A DNA stretch of 64,000 nucleotides from Candidatus Parcubacteria bacterium (GCA_026004495.1 BPJG01000001.1:2672-66671), one strand, 5' to 3'; counted from the stretch's first letter, positions 1 through 10,168 are shown. Numbers and translations: made by a program. Notes: generated from the sequence alone by a model not told the origin.

Positions 1-1668
1 AAAAAATTGATTTCGGAATCAAATATTGAAATTAAAGAAGACCATTTCAGCCAATCTTTATTTTTTGGGATCAACGAGAACAATTCTCCTATAAACATAC
101 TAATAGGCTCAAAAAAATTTATAGAAGGTTGGAACTCATGGCGTGTTTCAAATATGGGATTAATCAATATGGGTAAAGGAGAGGGACCACAAATTATACA
201 GCTTTTTGGAAGGGGTGTAAGACTTAAAGGGAAGGATTACTCGTTGAAAAGAGAAGAAAATCCAAATTATAAATTGAAAGTATTGCAAACGCTTTTTATT
301 TTCGGTTTGAATGCAGACTATATTAATGCATTCCTAGCAACAATAGAGAAAGAAGAAGTAGATTATAAAGAGATAGCAATCCCGATTAAGTTTAACCAAT
401 ATGAAAAATGGAAAAGAAAGATTTACACAATAAAAACAAAAGATAATTTCGATTTTCTCAATTATTCTATAAGAGTTACAGTAGATGATGACATTTTGAG
501 AAATATTAAGATTGATTTAAGGCCAAAAATCACTGTAGCACATGGGTTAACAGTTGGAACTGCTGAGTCAGTAATAGATGAGCCATTAACAATTCCAGAA
601 GAATATTTTGAGATTATTGATCGGAATTTCCTCTATTCTGAAATCATAAATTACAAAATCACAAAAGGTATGTATAATTTGATTTTAGATACTAACGCAA
701 TAATGCAAATAGTAAAATCAGGCGCATATAAAATATTTTTAAGCGAATCGACTGCGATAAGTATTGAGAATAACAATGGAAAACCAGTTTTAAAAATTTA
801 CTCATTTGATGGGATAAGAAAATTTCACGAGATTATTTTAATGGTTTTGAAGGATTACATCCTCAAATTTTACAGGAAAGAAGAGAAAAGAAAAACTATG
901 GATTATTTAGAAGTAGAACCACTAACAATAAATAAACATCCTTCGACGTATCCCGAGAATAAAGAAATCCTACTTAAAATTCCTAAAAAATTAGCAGACG
1001 ATATTGAAGAGGTTATGAAACATCTTGAAAGATACGACCCAGTCAACAATAAATTACCCGAGGCATGGAAAAATTGGGATTCATTTATTGTTCATCTTGA
1101 CAATCATTTATACACTCCTTTAATAATCTGGAAGAAAAATAAGGAGGAAATTAAATCAATTCCTATCAAACTTAATAAAGGAGAAACTAAGTTTTTAGAA
1201 GATTTTAAAAATTTTCTGGATAAAAATAAGAATATGCTTGAAAACAACGATTTGTTTTTACTTAGAAATCTTTCAAGAAGAGGCATAGGATTTTTTATAA
1301 CCTCAGGATTTTATCCAGATTTTATTATTTGGCTCATGAAAGAAGATAAACAGAACATAATTTTTATAGATCCAAAGGGGATCAGAAACCTAGGGAATTT
1401 TAATGATGATAAAATCCAATTATGCGTATCGTATATCAAAGAGATAAATAAAAGAATAAGCGAAGAACTAAAGAATAAAAAAGAAAATATTAATCTGCAA
1501 TTAGACGCTGTTATTTTATCTACATCTTCTTACAGTGATATAAAAAGTACATTTGGTGAAGGAAATCATACTAAAGAAGAATTCTGGGAACATAATGTAG
1601 TTTTTCAAGAAGATTCTGAATACATTAAAAAGATCTTTAAAAAAGCAGGAGCTATTAATAACAATTAA
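1..1668 (+). CDS. Type III restriction-like helicase/endonuclease (Res), C-terminal part; begins upstream of the window
   Basis: INILIGSKKFIEGWNSWR and QLFGRGVRL helicase motifs; C-terminal FYPDFIIW...FIDPKG nuclease motif; same layout as 50437..53304. Confidence 0.85.
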   Translation, partial: KKLISESNIEIKEDHFSQSLFFGINENNSPINILIGSKKFIEGWNSWRVSNMGLINMGKGEGPQIIQLFGRGVRLKGKDYSLKREENPNYKLKVLQTLFIFGLNADYINAFLATIEKEEVDYKEIAIPIKFNQYEKWKRKIYTIKTKDNFDFLNYSIRVTVDDDILRNIKIDLRPKITVAHGLTVGTAESVIDEPLTIPEEYFEIIDRNFLYSEIINYKITKGMYNLILDTNAIMQIVKSGAYKIFLSESTAISIENNNGKPVLKIYSFDGIRKFHEIILMVLKDYILKFYRKEEKRKTMDYLEVEPLTINKHPSTYPENKEILLKIPKKLADDIEEVMKHLERYDPVNNKLPEAWKNWDSFIVHLDNHLYTPLIIWKKNKEEIKSIPIKLNKGETKFLEDFKNFLDKNKNMLENNDLFLLRNLSRRGIGFFITSGFYPDFIIWLMKEDKQNIIFIDPKGIRNLGNFNDDKIQLCVSYIKEINKRISEELKNKKENINLQLDAVILSTSSYSDIKSTFGEGNHTKEEFWEHNVVFQEDSEYIKKIFKKAGAINNN

Positions 1669-2073
1669 AACTATTGATGATGTGTTAAACTTTTATTCGG
1701 TTTTGTAAAGCTTATTTCTCGGATTAAATAATAAACGAATATTTGATTTAAGTTTTTAGTCTTTAGCAGAGTTATTCTATAGATTTTAAGTATTAATGAT
1801 ATTATTAAGTTAAAAACAAAGAAGATATCAAAAATTTAAAAGAAATTTTAAAACCCTAAAATCACTTCTGCTATATTTTTTATCTTCAATTTCACTCTCC
1901 ACTCTGTTTGTTTTATAATATTTTCAAGAGTTCGAATAAAATTTTCCCTGCGGAGCATTCCAGAACGAATTTCCTCAAAATTATCAATTTCTCCTCTTAA
2001 AATCTTATATTTTTGTGGTTCGCAAATTTTTTTAACTTGGGAAAAGATTTATGTTTTCTTATAATTAATTTTG

Positions 2074-3779
2074 ATGAATAAAAAAGCTTTATTTTTAATT
2101 TTTATATTTCTAACAAGTTCACAAATTGCTCTGGGACAAAATTATTTAAATTCTGAAAAAATAAAAGATTTTTTTGTTGAAATTAATATACAAAAAAATG
2201 GCTTTATTTTTGTAAAGGAGGAAATTATTTATGATTTTGGTGAAAATTTAAAGCATGGAATTTTTCGAAATATTCCTTTAGATAACCTTAAAATAAAAAT
2301 TTTAAAGATTACTAATGAATTAGGTCAACCCCTTCCTTTTAAAATTACTAAAAATAATAATTATCTAAACATAAGAATTGGAGATCCTAATAAATTGATA
2401 AAAGGAGAAAATACTTATAAGATTTTTTATAAAATCCTTGGGGGATTAATATTTTTTGATAATTATAATGAACTTTATTGGAATGTAACCGGTAACGAAT
2501 GGAATGTGCCGATAGAAAAATCAGCAGCTTTGATTAGATTGCCAGAAAAGATTTCAATTGAAAATATGGACTTTAATTGTTTTACGGGGGTATTTGGTTC
2601 AAAAGAAAAGAATTGCAATTTTAAAGTGAATGAAAATGGTGATACTATTTTCCAAAGTAATAAAAATCTAAATCCTAACGAAGGATTGACAATTGTTCTA
2701 AGATTTCCTAAAAACGTAGTTCGGATGCCAACTTTTTTCGAAAAAATTTTATTTGATCAGACAAATTATTGGCTTATACTGATGCCTATTTTTGTATTTT
2801 TTTATCTTTTAATGATATGGTGGTATAAAAGCAAAGATTTAGAAATAAAAAAACCTATCATTGTTCAGTATGAACCACCAGATAATCTGAACCCAGCTGA
2901 AGTGGGTACGATTATCAATCAAAAAGCTAAACCTAAAGACATAACTGCGACGATTATATATTTAGCAATTAAAGATTATCTAAAAATTAAAGAAATAGAG
3001 ATTTCTAAAAATAAACATGATTATGAGTTAGAACTTTTAAAAGAGGATTTTGTTACTTCCCAGGATCTCAAAGAATATGAGAAAGAGATATTGAAAAAAA
3101 TTTTTTATATTAATGATCCAACTAATAATTTTCTTAGAAAAAAAATTCTATTTCTAAATTAGGTAAAAATTTTTATCAATATATACCCCATATTCTTTCA
3201 AAAATTCAGGAAAGTGTATTCAATCTTGATTATCTTGATAAAGATTCATATAAATTATCATTAAATTTGTTTTCAATTGGAATATTGCTGTTAATTTCTT
3301 CTGTTTTCTTTTTCAAAAACTTGGTATTTATAATTTCTTTTTTAATATCTAGTGTGTTGTTCATAATTTTTTCTTTTTTTATTCCCAAAAGAACCAAAAA
3401 AGGAGCAGAAGCTTATTGGAAAATTTTAGGCTTTAAAGAATATATTAATAAAGCTGAAAAGTATAGGGCTAAATTTTATGAAACAGAAAACATTTTTGAA
3501 AAATATTTACCTTATAGTATTATTTTTAATTTAGTTAATAAATGGGCATCAGTATTTGAAGATGTATATAAATCTCCACCTTCATGGTATGAAGCTAAAA
3601 TTGATCAAATAGCTGATTTTCCAACTTTTATTTATTCGCTCAACAGAAGTATAGACAGAATGAATTCTGTTTTTGTCGCCAAAAGTAAAGGAGAAAGTAA
3701 TCGCATTGTTAGAAAAAATAGTTTTTCTAGTGGTTTTTCTGGGGGAGGTTATGGTGGTGGAGGTGGTAAAAGTTGGTAA
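2074..3779 (+). pseudogene. DUF2207 family membrane protein, split by one frameshift near 3140-3150
   Basis: ELYWNVTGNEW, QYEPPDNLNPAEVG, FEKYLPYSIIF and C-terminal GFSGGGYGGGGGKSW; reading continues in another frame after the A-tract near 3140 (SISKLGKNFYQ...) into ORF 3267..3779. Confidence 0.8.
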
Positions 3780-3840
3780 AATATAATAGTTAATTATAAG
3801 AGAAATATTAATTAAAAATTTAAAAAATAATTTTATTATT

Positions 3841-4250
3841 ATGGAAAAAGATCGTGTGTTTTGTAAAATAATTAAAAGAAAGAATGCTTCAAGGATTATT
3901 TACGAAGATAAAGATGTTATTTGTTTTTTGCCGAAAACAATTCATGTTATGGCCATACTTTAATTGTTCCTAAAAAGCATTATGAAAGTTTATATGATAT
4001 TCCCGAAAAAGATTTAATTGAACTTATTAAAACTTCTAAAAAATTAACCTTAGCTTACAAAAGAAAAATTAAAGCAACAGGAGTAAATTTACTTCACGCT
4101 AGTGGCAAAGACGCTCAACAATCTGTTTTCCATTTTCATCTCCATCTTTTCCCAAGATTTAAAAACGATAATTTAGATACTTGGCCTAAATTACCAAAAA
4201 TAAAAGTTGATCCAGATGAATTATTAAAAAAGCTAAAAATAGAAAGGTAA
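3841..4250 (+). pseudogene. HIT family nucleotide hydrolase, frameshifted near 3945
   Basis: ATG 3841 gives MEKDRVFCKII...IIYEDKDVICFLPK; GHTLIVPKKH and HFHLH motifs are in another frame. Confidence 0.8.
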
Positions 4251-4253
4251 TCG

Positions 4254-4279
4254 AAAAGGGCGGGAAGGCCCGCCCTTTT
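4254..4279. terminator. Bidirectional intrinsic terminator
   Basis: aaaagggcggg-aagg-cccgccctttt perfect hairpin between convergent genes. Confidence 0.85.
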
Positions 4280-4298
4280 TAAGTTTTTTATTTTCAAT

Positions 4299-4763
4299 TT
4301 AGAAACTTAAATCAATTCCTGGGTTTTCGCCTGTTAGACCTGAACCACAATTTTTTCTATCACTAACGAATTGCTCCATATTTGATTATTAGTTTTTTTA
4401 TATTCAACCCAAGCGCTTTTACTGCTTTGCGGAAATTTAACCAAGCATTTTGAACTGCCTTATTCCTTTCTTTGTTGTTTTCAATTGGCCAAGAATTGCT
4501 TAAGGCAATTTTTCTTTCTTCATAAGCTTTTCTTATTTTTGAGAAATAATTTTCTCTTGCAGTTTTTAAAGCATCTTCTCTTTTTTCAAGAGCATCTTTC
4601 ATACAAGCAAGATCTAATTTTTTAGGACCCTCTGGAGGTGTAGTGGTTGGTCTGCTTGTAGGAATCGATATGGGTGTTGAAGTTGGTGTTGAAGTTGGTT
4701 CTTGAGCTAAACCAAATAGAGAAACGATAAAAAATGGTAAAGAGATTATTAAAAGTTTTTCAT
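4299..4763 (-). pseudogene. Secreted coiled-coil hypothetical protein with Pro/Thr linker, about three frameshifts
   Basis: Signal peptide MKKLLIISL.., then AQEPTSTPTSTP..DLACMKDALEKR.., then ..DRKNCGSGLTGENPGIDLSF, broken across frames. Confidence 0.65.
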
Positions 4764-4837
4764 TTTACTTTTATTGTTTAATTACGATCATTTTCTTTGT
4801 TAAAATTATATACTAATTTTGCTCTTAATTTCTAAAA

Positions 4838-5320
4838 ATGAATAATAATTTTTTTGCTATTTTGCATAATATTCGAAGCACTTATAATGTTGGAGCAATT
4901 TTTAGAACTGCTGATGCCGTAGGAATTGATAAATTATATTTGACTGGTTATACGCCAACTCCAGCTAAAGATAAAAAAATTGAAAAAACTGCGTTGGGCG
5001 CTGAAAAATATGTTACCTGGGAATATTATCAAAATATTAGTTATCTTTTGAAAAAATTAAAAAAAGAAAGTTTTCAAATTGTTGCCTTAGAACAAAACGA
5101 AAAAAGCATTCCTTATTATCAATTCAAACCTAAATTTCCTTTAGTTTTGATCGTTGGTAACGAAGTTAAAGGTTTAAATAAAAAAATTCTTAATTACGCC
5201 GATTATATTATTGAAATTCCAATGTTTGGCAAAAAAGAATCATTAAATGTTGCTGTTGCTTTTGGAATTGTTGTTTATTATTTAAAATTTTACAAATATA
5301 CGGGGATGGGGTATAATTAG
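4838..5320 (+). CDS. TrmH/SpoU family RNA methyltransferase
   Basis: LHNIRSTYNVGAIFRTAD, VGNEVKGL, IPMFGKKESLNVAVA SPOUT motifs. Confidence 0.92.
   Translation: MNNNFFAILHNIRSTYNVGAIFRTADAVGIDKLYLTGYTPTPAKDKKIEKTALGAEKYVTWEYYQNISYLLKKLKKESFQIVALEQNEKSIPYYQFKPKFPLVLIVGNEVKGLNKKILNYADYIIEIPMFGKKESLNVAVAFGIVVYYLKFYKYTGMGYN
5289..5319 (+). promoter_or_regulatory. Sigma70 promoter with CsoR-type operator for the Cu-ATPase, lying inside the trmH 3' end
   Basis: TTTACA-17bp-TATAAT enclosing ATAC-GGGGATGGG-GTAT; 28 bp identical to 9817..9844. Confidence 0.85.
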
Positions 5321-5326
5321 TATGAA

Positions 5327-7552
5327 ATGAAAAAATATATTTGTCCAATGGGATGTGTTAGTCCCCAAAATGAGCCTGGTGGTAATTGTCCTGTTTGTGG
5401 AATGCGACTTGTTGAGGTGGAAGAAAAACATAGAATAAGCAGAACTGACGCAGAACATACAGAACATATTAATATTGTTCGCATTGGTTCGCGTATAGTT
5501 CGCATCAGTTCGCGTTTTAAAAGAAAAGAATATAACGAGCATTTTGACAAACATCATGGACATCGAGCCGAAGATTTTCTTAAAAAATTTTGGCTTTGTT
5601 TAATTTTAACTATTTTTGTTATTTTTCTTTCTTTTGATTTTTTAAACCTAAATTTTTTTAGTCTACGTGAGTTTACATTTAGTCTGTTAAAGTCTGCGCT
5701 AGTTTTAATTTTTTCTTCAATTGTTTTCTTTTATGGTGGTTGGGTTTTTCTTGTTGGCGCTTATAGAGAAATCAAGAGCAAAAATCCAGGGATGATGACT
5801 TTAATTTCTTTAGCCATAACCTCAGCTTATGTTTATAGTGTGGTTTTAATGATACTTAATGTTGTTCGCATGAGTTTGCGGGTAAGTTCGCAAGAGTTCG
5901 CGGAAGTTGGTTTTTTCTGGGAACTTACTTCCTTAATTACGATTATGCTTTTAGGTCATTATTTTGAAATGAAATCAGTTTCTTCAGCTCAAAGAGCTTT
6001 GCAAGAAATAGAAAAATTATTGCCTGATACAGCTGAATTAGAAAGCGGTAAAATAATTCCTTTAAATGAATTAAAAGTTGATGATATTGTTTTAGTTCGG
6101 CCTGGAGGGAAAATTCCAGCTGATGGAGTTGTTGTTGAAGGTAAATCAGAAGTTAATGAAAGTATGATAACTGGTGAAAGCAGACCTATTTTAAAAGAAG
6201 TTGGTTCTGAAGTTATTACTGGGACAATTAATGGTGATGGAATCTTAAAAATCAAAGTAACTAAAATTGGTGAAGAAACATTTTTAGCTGGAATAAAAAG
6301 ATTAATTCAAGAAGCACAAAAATCCAAATCTAAACTTCAAGTTTTGGCTGATGTTTTTGCTAAATATTTAACTTTTATTGCTCTTGGAGTTGGTTCTTTA
6401 AGTTTTGTAATTTGGCTTTCGCTTCAAAAAGATTTTGCTTTTGTTTTAGAAAGATTAGTTACAGTTTTAGTTATTGCTTGCCCTCATGCTTTAGGCCTTG
6501 CTGTTCCTTTAGTTGTTGCTATTTCTACATCTTTAGCAATTCATAATGGTTTTTTAATCCGTAATAGTTTGCAATTAGAATTAGCCCGAAAAGTCGATGT
6601 TGTTCTCTTTGATAAAACCGGAACATTGACTAGCGGTAAATTTGTTGTAAAAGAGATTAAAAAATTAAATGATATTTCAGAGGAAAAAATTCTTCAAATT
6701 GCCGGCTCTTTGAATCAATATTCTCAACATTTTATTGCTCAAGGTATTTTAAGAAAAGTAAAGGAGCAAAGTATATCACTTTTACCTGTAAATGATTTCG
6801 AAAATTTAACTGGCCGAGGAGTTAAGGGTATAGTTGATGGTCAAATTTACTATCTAGGTGGTGATAATTTATTAAAAGAATTAAATTTAAAAGCACCAGA
6901 AATAGAAGGTGTTGGTACCATTGTTTATTTAATTGATGAGGGTAAAAATATTTTAGGAGCAATCATTTTAGAAGATGAAATAAGAAAAGAAGTAAAAGAA
7001 GCAGTTAAAGAGCTTCATCAACTTGGTATTAAAGTTTTGATGGTCACTGGAGATAAAAAAGAAGTTGCTGAAAAAGTTGCTAAAGAATTAGGAATTGATG
7101 AATATTTTGCTGAAGTTTTACCACAAGAAAAAGTTGAAAAAGTAAAAGAACTTCAACAGAAAGGATTAAAAGTAATGTTTGTTGGTGATGGAATTAATGA
7201 TGCTCCAGCTTTAATGCAAGCAGATGTTGGAGTTGTTATTGGCGCTGGAACGAATGTTGCCATTGAATCAGCAGGAATAATTTTAGTTAGAAATGACCCT
7301 CGAGATATTGTTAAATTAATAAAACTTTCAAAATTAACTTATCGCAAAATGATTGAAAATTTATTTTGGGCAACTGGCTATAATGTTGTTATGATTCCTC
7401 TTGCAGCAGGAATTTTCGAAATATTTAAAATGATTTTTTCTTTACCGGGTAGTGAATTTATTCTAATACCTGGGCCAGCAATTGGATCAATTTTAATGAG
7501 TCTATCCACAATCATTGTTAGTTTAAATGCTTTAAGAATGAGGAAGATATAA
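5327..7552 (+). CDS. copB: Copper-translocating P1B-type ATPase (CPH type) with N-terminal Cys metal-binding domain
   Basis: YICPM...CPVCGM, His-rich linker, TGES, IACPHALGLA, DKTGTLT, GDGINDAP, YN motif. Confidence 0.9.
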   Translation: MKKYICPMGCVSPQNEPGGNCPVCGMRLVEVEEKHRISRTDAEHTEHINIVRIGSRIVRISSRFKRKEYNEHFDKHHGHRAEDFLKKFWLCLILTIFVIFLSFDFLNLNFFSLREFTFSLLKSALVLIFSSIVFFYGGWVFLVGAYREIKSKNPGMMTLISLAITSAYVYSVVLMILNVVRMSLRVSSQEFAEVGFFWELTSLITIMLLGHYFEMKSVSSAQRALQEIEKLLPDTAELESGKIIPLNELKVDDIVLVRPGGKIPADGVVVEGKSEVNESMITGESRPILKEVGSEVITGTINGDGILKIKVTKIGEETFLAGIKRLIQEAQKSKSKLQVLADVFAKYLTFIALGVGSLSFVIWLSLQKDFAFVLERLVTVLVIACPHALGLAVPLVVAISTSLAIHNGFLIRNSLQLELARKVDVVLFDKTGTLTSGKFVVKEIKKLNDISEEKILQIAGSLNQYSQHFIAQGILRKVKEQSISLLPVNDFENLTGRGVKGIVDGQIYYLGGDNLLKELNLKAPEIEGVGTIVYLIDEGKNILGAIILEDEIRKEVKEAVKELHQLGIKVLMVTGDKKEVAEKVAKELGIDEYFAEVLPQEKVEKVKELQQKGLKVMFVGDGINDAPALMQADVGVVIGAGTNVAIESAGIILVRNDPRDIVKLIKLSKLTYRKMIENLFWATGYNVVMIPLAAGIFEIFKMIFSLPGSEFILIPGPAIGSILMSLSTIIVSLNALRMRKI
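5428..5514. repeat. Phased tetramer element, inverted composite (4x AGAA/CAGAAC forward, then 4x GTTCGC)
   Basis: agaa at 5432/5441/5452/5461; gttcgc at 5477/5487/5498/5508. Confidence 0.85.
5660..5698 (-). repeat. Phased tetramer element, CGCAGAC type, degenerate, reverse orientation
   Basis: gtctac 5661, gtttac 5671, gtctgt 5682, gtctgc 5692; spacing 10/11/10. Confidence 0.7.
5864..5902 (-). repeat. Phased tetramer element, GCGAAC type, reverse orientation
   Basis: gttcgc 5864, gtttgc 5874, gttcgc 5886, gttcgc 5896. Confidence 0.8.
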
Positions 7553-7555
7553 AAT
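7514..7555 (+). repeat. 42-bp direct repeat, copy 1 (Cu-ATPase 3' end)
   Basis: attgttagtttaaatgctttaagaatgaggaagatataaaat; 41/42 identical to 8291..8332. Confidence 0.92.
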
Positions 7556-7571
7556 AGTATATAATTAAGTT

Positions 7572-8281
7572 ATGGTAGAAGACATATCAAAACCAGATAG
7601 AGATAAAAAAGCAGAAGATTTAAGAAAGTTAGGATTTTCTAAGGAAGAAGCTATTAAATATTTATCAGCCAAATTTACATTAGAGACTTTAAAACAAAAA
7701 ATTAATTCTTTACAATCAGCTGGTTTTTCTAATCCTGTTAAATTAATAGAGGAACATCCTCAAATTGCTGGCCTTGATATTACTCGTGTTAAAATGAGAT
7801 TAAAATTAATTGATAGATTAAATAGAAAATTCAATCTTAATTATGATCCATATTCAATAGTAGAAAAATTCCACAATATTTAGGATATGATTTAGCGAGA
7901 ATCTTTTTTTTGTTTGAGAATAGCTGCCTATTTTAATTTTGATGAAGCAAGATATAGAGGTCTAATAAAAACGAATTCACACTTGTTGTTTGATGAGCTT
8001 ATTAGAAAAACAAGACAAAAAATAAGTCAAGCAGGAGAATTGCCTCAGACAGTAGAATTGTACCAAGGAGATATGTTGAATATACTAAGAGCTATAAGAA
8101 ACTAACAAAAGAAGAAAAAAAGCAAAGAATTGAAGAAACTAAACAAAATTTACCTCAATTAAAAGATGAAATAAACAAATTACCTGATTCAAATTTAAAA
8201 AAATTACTCCTCAAACTTTTAAGATATCTTGAACGATTAAAAAGCAAAGAACAAGTTAGAGAACAAAGAAGACAAAAATAA
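7572..8281 (+). pseudogene. Orphan helical protein gene broken by three 1-bp indels
   Basis: ORFs 7572..7883 and 7914..8105 plus a downstream frame (LTKEEKKQRIEETKQNL...) ending TAA at 8281; can be joined at homopolymer runs. Confidence 0.65.
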
Positions 8282-8290
8282 ATGTTAATA

Positions 8291-8332
8291 ATTGTTAGTT
8301 TAAATGTTTTAAGAATGAGGAAGATATAAAAT
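8291..8332 (+). repeat. 42-bp direct repeat, copy 2
   Basis: attgttagtttaaatgttttaagaatgaggaagatataaaat. Confidence 0.92.
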
Positions 8333-8333
8333 T

Positions 8334-9584
8334 TTATAAACCAACTTCGTGGGGTAATTGATTTAAAATAAATTCTTTTGGTTTTTCAGTAAAAATAATT
8401 ATTTTTCCTAAAGAATGAGCATAGCCGATTTCCAGAAGATCATAAGCACCTACATAACCATTTGGATCGCAAACTATTAAAGCATCAGAATTTTCAATTG
8501 AATCTAAATGATATCTTTCAAGTTCTAATGGACTCAAATTCTCTTCGCCGGTAAAAATAACAAACTCTTCTCCCGGATTTTTGGGTTCCTCAAATCTAGG
8601 ACTTAAAATATGGACCCCATTATTTTCTAATTCTTTTTTAATCTTTAAAATATAATCTAAATGTTTTCTAAAACTCCCACTTATTGTAACATATCTAAAT
8701 TCTTGTCTAATTACACCATTTATTAAATTTGAATCAGAAGGAATAATTATTTGAATATTATATTTTTCACAGATTGCTTGAGCTAAAGCAGAAAAAGGTC
8801 TGGCTCCATGCATCCATTTAGGATTTTCCGGCATCATATTTTCTAATTCTTCTAACTTTATTTTTTCAAAAACTTCTTTATTCTTTAATTTATAATCTTC
8901 AAAAGATATTAGATAAGGATGATCCTCGTCGTCAAATAAATTATTTTTCTTAAGAGGATAATTCGCTACTTTCATATAAGTCAATTCACCTCCGCTAAGA
9001 AAAGCAATTTTTGGCTTATTTTCTATAGGAGGCAAAATCTCTTTAAATTGTTCTATCAACTCTTCTATTTTAATTTCCGATGTGCTTTTATTAATCTCAG
9101 GAAATTCATTTAAAATTTTTCCAACTCCTAATTCTATATTTTTTCTTTCTATAGCTTCTTCACCATACATAACTACAAGCTCAGTAGTGCCTCCTCCGAT
9201 ATTTACCAAAAGTAAAGGTTCATTTAAATTGCACTTACCTACCAATGCTTTCTCTAAGTAAAAATTTTCTAATTCATGAGAAATAATATTAAAATAAAGT
9301 CCTGTTTTTAAAAATATTTCATCAATAAAATTTCTTTTAGTTTTTGAAGCTAAATTTCTAAATATACCAGTGGTATAAATTTTTATTTTAGCATCATGAT
9401 TGCTTTCTTTGATTGAATATAGAAGCTCTAAAAGTTCTCTTTTGTTGTTTTCAGAAATACCTCCTTCAGGATCAAAGCCATCTTTAAAAAATATAGTCCT
9501 TTGAAGTAATTGCTCTAACTTATTTTCTTCATATTTATAAACTTTTATTGTCGATGAGCCTATGTCTAATAGAATTTTTTTCAT
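8334..9584 (-). CDS. Ppx/GppA-like ASKHA phosphatase domain fused to a nucleoside 2-deoxyribosyltransferase-like domain
   Basis: LLDIGSSTIK and NIGGGTTELV; C-terminal TISGSFRK...SDALIV..GYVG...LEIGYAHSLGK. Confidence 0.65.
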   Translation of the reverse strand: MKKILLDIGSSTIKVYKYEENKLEQLLQRTIFFKDGFDPEGGISENNKRELLELLYSIKESNHDAKIKIYTTGIFRNLASKTKRNFIDEIFLKTGLYFNIISHELENFYLEKALVGKCNLNEPLLLVNIGGGTTELVVMYGEEAIERKNIELGVGKILNEFPEINKSTSEIKIEELIEQFKEILPPIENKPKIAFLSGGELTYMKVANYPLKKNNLFDDEDHPYLISFEDYKLKNKEVFEKIKLEELENMMPENPKWMHGARPFSALAQAICEKYNIQIIIPSDSNLINGVIRQEFRYVTISGSFRKHLDYILKIKKELENNGVHILSPRFEEPKNPGEEFVIFTGEENLSPLELERYHLDSIENSDALIVCDPNGYVGAYDLLEIGYAHSLGKIIIFTEKPKEFILNQLPHEVGL

Positions 9585-9813
9585 CTTTATGTTTATTTTA
9601 AATTAGAAATTTTAAACTAAACTAAACTAAAATAAACTTATAATATCAAGTTATTTTCTATATTTTTTGCTTTCAATTTACAATTTTCCCACAAAGTCTG
9701 AAATTTTAATTAAAATTTATTATAATTTTGATAATTTTATTTCTTAAAAAATTAAAATTAGTTTCTAAAATTTATCACTTCGATGCTAAAAGAATTTTTG
9801 ATGAATTAAATAT

Positions 9814-9844
9814 TTGACAAATATACGGGGATGGGGTATAATTA
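9814..9844 (+). promoter_or_regulatory. Sigma70 promoter with CsoR-type operator upstream of csoR
   Basis: TTGACA (9814)-17bp-TATAAT (9837) enclosing ATAC-GGGGATGGG-GTAT. Confidence 0.9.
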
Positions 9845-9855
9845 AGAAAAAGAAA

Positions 9856-10125
9856 ATGAACAAAGAATTAAAAAATAGAGTTTTAAGAAGATTGAATATA
9901 ATTAAGGGGCAGGTTGATGGTTTAAGGAATATGATTGAAAATGATAAATATTGCATTGATATTTTAATTCAGTCAATGGCAATTAAAAATGCTTTGTCAG
10001 GGATTGAAGACTTAATTTTAGAAAATCATCTAAAAACTCATGTTAAAGAACAATTTAAAACCAAAAAAGAAAAAGTCGCAGTTAAAGAATTAGTAAAAAT
10101 TTATAAATTAGCAAAAAGAAAATGA
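9856..10125 (+). CDS. csoR: CsoR/RcnR family metal-sensing repressor
   Basis: RLNIIKGQVDGLRNMIENDKYCIDILIQ...LENHLKTHV; true start is ATG 9856. Confidence 0.9.
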   Translation: MNKELKNRVLRRLNIIKGQVDGLRNMIENDKYCIDILIQSMAIKNALSGIEDLILENHLKTHVKEQFKTKKEKVAVKELVKIYKLAKRK

Positions 10126-10168
10126 ATAAACACAAATTGCAACGAATATATTACGAATGGCAACAAAT
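10122..10168 (+). repeat. Phased short repeat, ACGAAT variant
   Basis: atgaat 10122, acaaat 10132, acgaat 10142, acgaat 10153, acaaat 10163. Confidence 0.5.

Noticed and set aside
5282-5563. Minus-strand ORFs with TRTDANYTRTNAN
   Set aside because: Antisense to the Cu-ATPase; the repetitive peptide comes from the DNA element
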